Positions 27,612 through 32,000 of a stretch of DNA of 32,000 nt are shown here, in pieces. A model generated the notes under the pieces. It was not told the origin of the DNA. It saw only the letters and a list, made by a program, of their open reading frames with translations, and made no database searches. The DNA comes from Delftia acidovorans NBRC 14950 (lineage in GTDB: Bacteria; Pseudomonadota; Gammaproteobacteria; Burkholderiales; Burkholderiaceae_C): NCBI RefSeq assembly GCF_001598795.1, contig NZ_BCZP01000040.1, forward strand, positions 1 to 32,000. The letters are read 5' to 3'. The first letter of the stretch is position 1. Every line of letters starts with the position of its first letter. A program made the translations under genes and the position numbers.

Positions 27612-27884
27612 AGCTCCGGCGACAAAACCGGGTCTGGATCGGCATCTCGTACCTGTCTGGAAGACGTCCCGCCAAGGCAAACGAAGACACGGCTATCGGC
27701 ATTGGAAAATCGGCAGCCGATGCCTATGGATTCCCGTCTCCCATGGCTTTCCCTCGCCATGGATGATGGGCCTGGATCATGACGGACTGGTGATGCCCCA
27801 AGCGCAGCGCGGGGGCACCGAAGGGCTGGGTGCGCAGGCAGGAAAAGCGAACGGAGCGCGGCCTGCTGCTGCAACCTGCAGACG

Positions 27885-27937
27885 AAAAAAAGCCACCTTG
27901 CGGTGGCTTCTTGTCTGTGCAAACGCTGGGTTTGCAC
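27885..27937 (-). terminator. Rho-independent terminator of the tRNA operon, preceded by a second hairpin.
   Basis: The minus strand reads GTGCAAAC-ccagc-GTTTGCAC (27937-27917). It is followed by AAGCCACC-gcaa-GGTGGCTT and then TTTTTTT (27909-27885), immediately downstream of tRNA-Asp. Confidence 0.85.
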
Positions 27938-27945
27938 AAGGAATC

Positions 27946-28022
27946 TGGCGGAGTGGACGGGACTCGAACCCGCGACCCCCGGCGTGACAGGCCGGTATTC
28001 TAACCAACTGAACTACCACTCC
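27946..28022 (-). tRNA. tRNA-Asp (anticodon GTC).
   Basis: The reverse complement is GGAGTGGTAGTTCAGTTGGTTAGAATACCGGCCTGTCACGCCGGGGGTCGCGGGTTCGAGTCCCGTCCACTCCGCCA. It has a cloverleaf, the anticodon loop CTGTCAC and an encoded CCA end. It is near-identical in pattern to enterobacterial tRNA-Asp. Confidence 0.95.
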
Positions 28023-28066
28023 TGGCAGACAGCTTTTGCGCTCTTTCGAGCCAAGTGCTGCAAACT

Positions 28067-28142
28067 TGGCGACCCTACGGGGATTCGAACCCCGGTACTC
28101 ACCGTGAAAGGGTGATGTCCTAGGCCTCTAGACGATAGGGTC
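28067..28142 (-). tRNA. tRNA-Glu (anticodon TTC).
   Basis: The reverse complement is GACCCTATCGTCTAGAGGCCTAGGACATCACCCTTTCACGGTGAGTACCGGGGTTCGAATCCCCGTAGGGTCGCCA. The anticodon loop is CTTTCAC. Confidence 0.95.
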
Positions 28143-28180
28143 AATCCTAGAACTTGCGTAAATACTCAAGTCTCAATTTT

Positions 28181-28256
<76 letters not shown>

Positions 28257-28296
28257 TTGCTGCAACGTTGCACTGCTTCGTTGCTGCGATTCAAAA

Positions 28297-28305
28297 ATTG
28301 TAGCA
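28297..28305 (-). promoter_or_regulatory. Candidate extended -10 promoter (TGcTACAAT) of the tRNA-Ala/Glu/Asp operon.
   Basis: The minus strand reads TGTGCTACAAT about 40 nt upstream of the tRNA-Ala 5' end. There is no good -35 element; TTGCCC lies only 14 nt away. Confidence 0.4.
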
Positions 28306-28324
28306 CAGCGTTTTTGGGGCAATT

Positions 28325-28363
28325 CCGGAATGCATGACTTTTTTATGTCGCCCTGCATTCCGG
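28325..28363. repeat. Inverted repeat with 10-bp arms, CCGGAATGCA...TGCATTCCGG, between the PII-like gene and the tRNA promoter. It may act as a terminator or insulator.
   Basis: Arms read directly at 28325-28334 and 28354-28363. The 19-nt loop contains a T6 run. Confidence 0.4.
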
Positions 28364-28382
28364 CGCCCTGCTCAAGCCCGGG

Positions 28383-28718
28383 TCAGGCCAGGCTTTGCCC
28401 ATCGCGTATGCGGTGGATCTCGGCGATGTCCACCACCCAGACCAGGCCGTCGCCGACCTGGCCCGAATGGCAGGCCGTGGTGATGGCCGCACGGATAGGC
28501 TCGACCATGGAGGCCTCGGCCAGCACGCAGACCATGATCTTGTCGGAGAAGTCGGTCAACTCCTCCTTCACGCTGCGCTTGTCGATGGCGGCCGGGGCCG
28601 TGAAGCCCTCGGCGCGGAACAGCGTCACGCCGGGGAAGTTGGGAATGGCGCGCAGCGCGTCGCGCAGGCGCTCCAGGCGGCTGGGGCGCACGATGGCCCG
28701 GATTTCCTTCATGGTCAT
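28383..28718 (-). CDS. PII-like (GlnB-fold) signal protein genetically coupled to an RND pump.
   Basis: The track ORF 28383..28760(-) is 5'-extended. The ATG at 28718 (MTMKEIRAIVRPSRLERLRDAL...) has an AGGAGA Shine-Dalgarno sequence 7 nt upstream and lies 16 nt after the RND stop codon. The PII pattern is MKEIRAIVRP...GVT...G...GDGLVWVVDIAEIHRIRDG. The T-loop region is divergent, with no Tyr at the canonical uridylylation position. Confidence 0.8.
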   Translation of the reverse strand: MTMKEIRAIVRPSRLERLRDALRAIPNFPGVTLFRAEGFTAPAAIDKRSVKEELTDFSDKIMVCVLAEASMVEPIRAAITTACHSGQVGDGLVWVVDIAEIHRIRDGQSLA

Positions 28719-28734
28719 TGCAGTGTCTCCTTCA

Positions 28735-31700
28735 TCAGGCTTCCAGCGGTTTTTCGTCAAACCAGCGGTACAGGGTCGGCAACACCACCAGCGTGAGCAG
28801 GGTGGACGAGATCAGGCCACCGATCACGACGATGGCCAGCGGGCGTTGCACCTCCGAGCCGGGGCCGGTGGCGAACAGGAAGGGCACCAGGCCCAGCAGC
28901 GCGACGGTGGCCGTCATCATCACGGGGCGGAAGCGCTGCACGCAGCCTTCGCGCACGGCCTCGGCCACGTTCATTCCATCCTCGCGCAGCTTGCGGATGC
29001 AGCTGACCAGCACCACGCCGTTGAGCACCGCAATGCCCCACAGCGCGATGAAGCCCACCGATGCCGGCACGCTCACGTATTCGCCCGTGACGAACAGGCC
29101 TATCAGTCCCCCGATGGAGGCGAAAGGCAGCACCAGGATGATCAGCCCGGCCAGCTTGACCGAATTGAACAGCACGAACAGCAGGAAGAAGATGGCCACG
29201 ATGGTCAGCGGCACGATCACCTGCAGCGTGCCCATGGCGCGCTCCATGTTCTCGAACTGGCCGCCGTACTTGAAGTAGTAGCCGTCGGGCAGTTGCACTT
29301 CCTTGTCGATGCGCTGCTGCACTTCGGTCACGAAGCCGCCCAGGTCGCGCCCTTCCACGTTGGCGCCCACGACCACGCGCCGCTTGCCGCCTTCGCGGCT
29401 GATCTGCGCGGGTCCGTCCACCAGTTCGATGCGGGCCACGCTGTTGAGCGGAACCTGCGCGCCGGTGCTGGTGGTCAGCAAGGTGGCGCCGACAGCCTGG
29501 GGCGAGCCACGGAAGGGCTCGGGGAAGCGCACGACCACGTTGTAGCGGCGCTCGCCCTCGTAGACCGTGGTCACGTCCTTGCCGCCGATGGCCGACTCGA
29601 TCACGCCCTGCACGTCGGTGACGTTCAGGCCGTGGCGGGCAATGGCCTTGCGGTCGATATCCACCGTGAGCGCCTGCTGGCCCGACAGCCGCTCGACACG
29701 GATGTCGGTGCTGCCCGGCACGCTCTTGAGGATGCGGGCCACCTGTTCGGAGACATCGCGCAGATCGTCCAGCTCGTCGCCGAAGACCTTGATGGCCAGT
29801 TGCGAGCGCACGCCCGTGACCATTTCATCCACGCGCTCGGAAATCGGCTGGGACAGCACGATCTGCACGCCCGGAATCGAGGACAGGCGCTGGCGGATGT
29901 CTTCGTCGATCTCGTCCTGGGTGCGGTTGGACTCGGGGTCCAGCAGCACGATGGGATCGGACTCATTGGGGCCTGCGGGATCGGCCGGCGATTCACCGCG
30001 TCCGAGCTTGGAGACCACGCTGAGCACGCCGGGCACCTCGGCCACGGCCTTCATCGCCGCCATTTCCATGCGGATGGACTCGTCCAGCGAGATGCTGGGC
30101 ACGCGGTTGATCTGCGGCGTAAGCGCGCCCTCCTTCATGGTGGGCATGAAGGACTTGCCCAGCAGCGGGAACAGTCCCAGCGAGCCCAGCAGCAGCGCCA
30201 CGGCCACGGCCAGCGTGGCGCGGTTGCGCGCGGTGGCCAGGTCCAGCAGGCGCAGGTAGTGGCGCTTGAGGAAGGCGATCAGGCGCGTGTCATGGTCCGC
30301 GCCGCCCTTGAGGAAGTACGAGCACAGCACGGGCGACAGGAACAGCGACACGGCCAGCGAGACCGCCAGCGAGATCGCGATGGTCAGTGCCAGCGGGCCG
30401 AACATCTTGCCCTCGATGCCCTGCAGCGTCATCAGCGGCAGGAACACCAGGATGATGATGGCGATGCCGAAGATGGTGGGCGTGGCCACCTCGGTGGTGG
30501 CCGAGAGCACGGTGCGCACGCGTGCGCCCATGCTGTCGCCGGCCTGGCCGAGCTTGTGGAACACGTTCTCCACCACCACCACGGTGGCATCGACCATGAG
30601 GCCGATGGCGATCGCCAGCCCTCCCAGCGACATGAGGTTGGCCGAGATGCCCCAGCGGTTCATCATGATGAAGGTGGTCAGCGGCGTGATGATCAGCGTG
30701 GCCACCACGATCAGGCTGGAGCGCACGTCACCCAGGAAGATGAAGAGCACCACGACCACGAGCAGGATGCCCTCGATCAGCACCTTGCCCACGGTCCACA
30801 GCGCCGAGTCGACCAGGTCGGTACGGTCGTAGTAGGGAACGATCTGCAGGCCGCCGGGGAGCATGCCCTTGGAGTTGATCTCCTGCACGCGCTCCTTCAC
30901 GCGGGTGACGACTTCCTTGGCATTGCCGCCGCGCATCATCAGCACGATGCCGGAGACGCCTTCGGTATAGCCGCCCTTGATGATGGCGCCCTGGCGCACT
31001 TCCTGGCCCAGCTGGACCTCGGCCACATCGCGCACGAAGACCGGCACGCCGCCATCCTGCTTGAGGACGATGTTGCCGATGTCCTCCAGCGACTGGATCA
31101 GGCCCACGGCGCGGATCAGGTACTGCTCGGTCACCTGGGGCAGGATGCCGCCGCTGGCGTTGGCGTTGTTGTCGGCGATGGCCTGGACCACATGGCGCAC
31201 GGACAGGCCGTAGTGGCGCAGCCGGCCGGGGTCGACCTCCACCTGGTACTGCTTGACGTAGCCGCCCTGCGAGTTGATTTCGGCCACGCCGGGAATGGAG
31301 CGCAGCAGCGGGCGCGCCACCCAGTCCTGGATGGTGCGGCGCTCGGTCAGCTCCTCGGGCGTGAGGGCCCGCTTGCCGTCGTCGGGATGGTCCAGCGTGT
31401 ACTGGTAGACCTCGCCCAGGCCCGTGGACACCGGCCCCAGCACGGGGATGATGCCTTCGGGCATGCGCGGCGTGACCTCCATCAGCCGCTCGGTGACGAG
31501 CTGGCGCGCAAAGTACACGTCGGTGGTATCGGTGAAGACCAGGGTGATGATGGACAGGCCGCTCTTGTTGAGCGAGCGCATCTCCACCAGGCCCGGCATG
31601 CCGGTCATGGCGATTTCCAGCGGCACGGTCACGAAGCGCTCGATTTCCTCGGGCGAGCGGCCTGGCGCCTCGGTAGCCACCTGGACCTGGACGTTGGTCA

Positions 31701-31824
31701 CGTCAGGAAAGGCGTCCACCGACAGATTCATGGCGGCGCGCAGGCCAAAGCCGCACAGCACCAGCGAGAGCACGATCACGATGAGTCGCTGGCTCAGTGC
31801 GGCCCGGATCATGGAAGCGATCAT
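28735..31824 (-). CDS. RND efflux permease, CusA/CzcA (heavy-metal efflux) family.
   Basis: A 1029-aa ORF beginning MIASMIRAALSQRLIVIVLSLVL...FPDVTNVQVQV. The TM4 motif is LGGLAIAIGLMVDATVVVVEN. Length and overall pattern match 12-TM RND pumps of the HME type. Confidence 0.9.
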   Translation of the reverse strand: MIASMIRAALSQRLIVIVLSLVLCGFGLRAAMNLSVDAFPDVTNVQVQVATEAPGRSPEEIERFVTVPLEIAMTGMPGLVEMRSLNKSGLSIITLVFTDTTDVYFARQLVTERLMEVTPRMPEGIIPVLGPVSTGLGEVYQYTLDHPDDGKRALTPEELTERRTIQDWVARPLLRSIPGVAEINSQGGYVKQYQVEVDPGRLRHYGLSVRHVVQAIADNNANASGGILPQVTEQYLIRAVGLIQSLEDIGNIVLKQDGGVPVFVRDVAEVQLGQEVRQGAIIKGGYTEGVSGIVLMMRGGNAKEVVTRVKERVQEINSKGMLPGGLQIVPYYDRTDLVDSALWTVGKVLIEGILLVVVVLFIFLGDVRSSLIVVATLIITPLTTFIMMNRWGISANLMSLGGLAIAIGLMVDATVVVVENVFHKLGQAGDSMGARVRTVLSATTEVATPTIFGIAIIILVFLPLMTLQGIEGKMFGPLALTIAISLAVSLAVSLFLSPVLCSYFLKGGADHDTRLIAFLKRHYLRLLDLATARNRATLAVAVALLLGSLGLFPLLGKSFMPTMKEGALTPQINRVPSISLDESIRMEMAAMKAVAEVPGVLSVVSKLGRGESPADPAGPNESDPIVLLDPESNRTQDEIDEDIRQRLSSIPGVQIVLSQPISERVDEMVTGVRSQLAIKVFGDELDDLRDVSEQVARILKSVPGSTDIRVERLSGQQALTVDIDRKAIARHGLNVTDVQGVIESAIGGKDVTTVYEGERRYNVVVRFPEPFRGSPQAVGATLLTTSTGAQVPLNSVARIELVDGPAQISREGGKRRVVVGANVEGRDLGGFVTEVQQRIDKEVQLPDGYYFKYGGQFENMERAMGTLQVIVPLTIVAIFFLLFVLFNSVKLAGLIILVLPFASIGGLIGLFVTGEYVSVPASVGFIALWGIAVLNGVVLVSCIRKLREDGMNVAEAVREGCVQRFRPVMMTATVALLGLVPFLFATGPGSEVQRPLAIVVIGGLISSTLLTLVVLPTLYRWFDEKPLEA

Positions 31825-31828
31825 GGGC

Positions 31829-32000
31829 TTACTCCAGCTCTGCGCGCTTGCGCTCGTTGTTCAGGTGGAAGGCGCCCGTGGTGACGATGACCGTGCCATC
31901 GGCCACGCCCTTGTTCACGGGGCGCATGCCGCCGCTGGCAGTGCCCAGCTCGACGGGCGTGAGGCGGTAGTGGTTCTCGCCCTTCTTGACGAAGACATGG
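31829..32000 (-). CDS. RND membrane-fusion (periplasmic adaptor) protein, C-terminal fragment. The gene continues beyond the window end.
   Basis: Hand translation gives ...HVFVKKGENHYRLTPVELGTASGGMRPVNKGVADGTVIVTTGAFHLNNERKRAELE, then a TAA stop at 31831-31829, 4 nt before the RND ATG. This is a typical CzcB/CusB-type C-terminus. Confidence 0.75.
   Translation of the reverse strand, partial: HVFVKKGENHYRLTPVELGTASGGMRPVNKGVADGTVIVTTGAFHLNNERKRAELE

Noticed and set aside
27575-28019. Small ORFs between the sigma gene and the tRNAs (120 aa, 71 aa, 74 aa, 80 aa), and the ORFs 27903..28115 and 28173..28358 that overlap the tRNA genes.
   Set aside because: None has a ribosome-binding site or a family resemblance, and several overlap the tRNA genes or the terminator. 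The region is better explained as non-coding or regulatory.
28330-31884. 1184-aa plus-strand ORF opposite the RND pump.
   Set aside because: It is an antisense shadow rich in His, Asp, Gly, Gln and Arg. The minus strand encodes a clear 12-TM RND permease.

Overview
High-GC window (roughly two-thirds G+C by eye), betaproteobacterial in style and possibly Comamonadaceae such as Delftia, Acidovorax or Variovorax; this taxonomy is inferred from gene content only. No database search was possible, so all calls rest on hand translation, motifs and the ORF track. There are four blocks. (1) Positions 1-18869, minus strand: one tightly packed operon for a hybrid NRPS-PKS siderophore/metallophore. Its order is MbtH-like, type II thioesterase, Sfp-type PPTase, TauD-family hydroxylase, FAAL-T-C-A-T NRPS, KS-AT-KR-ACP PKS, then a multi-module NRPS that runs off the left edge. 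This gene order and domain logic match, from memory, the delftibactin (del) / variobactin-type clusters. (2) Positions 19130-26391, plus strand and divergent from block 1: an auxiliary type VI secretion cargo module made of VgrG, a PAAR-Rhs polymorphic toxin and a small signal-peptide immunity gene. The last ~0.6 kb of rhs, the immunity gene and ~200 bp beyond are sharply AT-rich, which indicates a recombined foreign toxin/immunity tip. The tip carries an L,D-transpeptidase-like His...Ser-x-Gly-Cys motif (Tlde1/DUF2778-like). (3) Positions 26692-28256: a PvdS/FecI-like ECF sigma factor with no anti-sigma partner, then ~730 bp of structured non-coding DNA containing a perfect 22-bp palindrome, a perfect 22-bp tandem duplication and a Fur-like box, then a tRNA-Ala(GGC)/Glu(TTC)/Asp(GTC) operon with an intrinsic terminator. 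(4) Positions 28383-32000, minus strand: the 3' end of a membrane-fusion protein gene, an atypical heavy-metal-type RND pump, and a translationally linked PII-like (GlnB-fold) protein. The most interesting candidates are the AT-rich Rhs tip with its uncharacterised immunity gene, the short mbtH-vgrG divergent control region (a palindromic Fur-like box over the vgrG promoter plus an ECF-type promoter for the metallophore operon), and the PII-like protein coupled to a metal-type RND pump. Most very long ORFs in the track are antisense or out-of-frame shadows typical of high-GC DNA.
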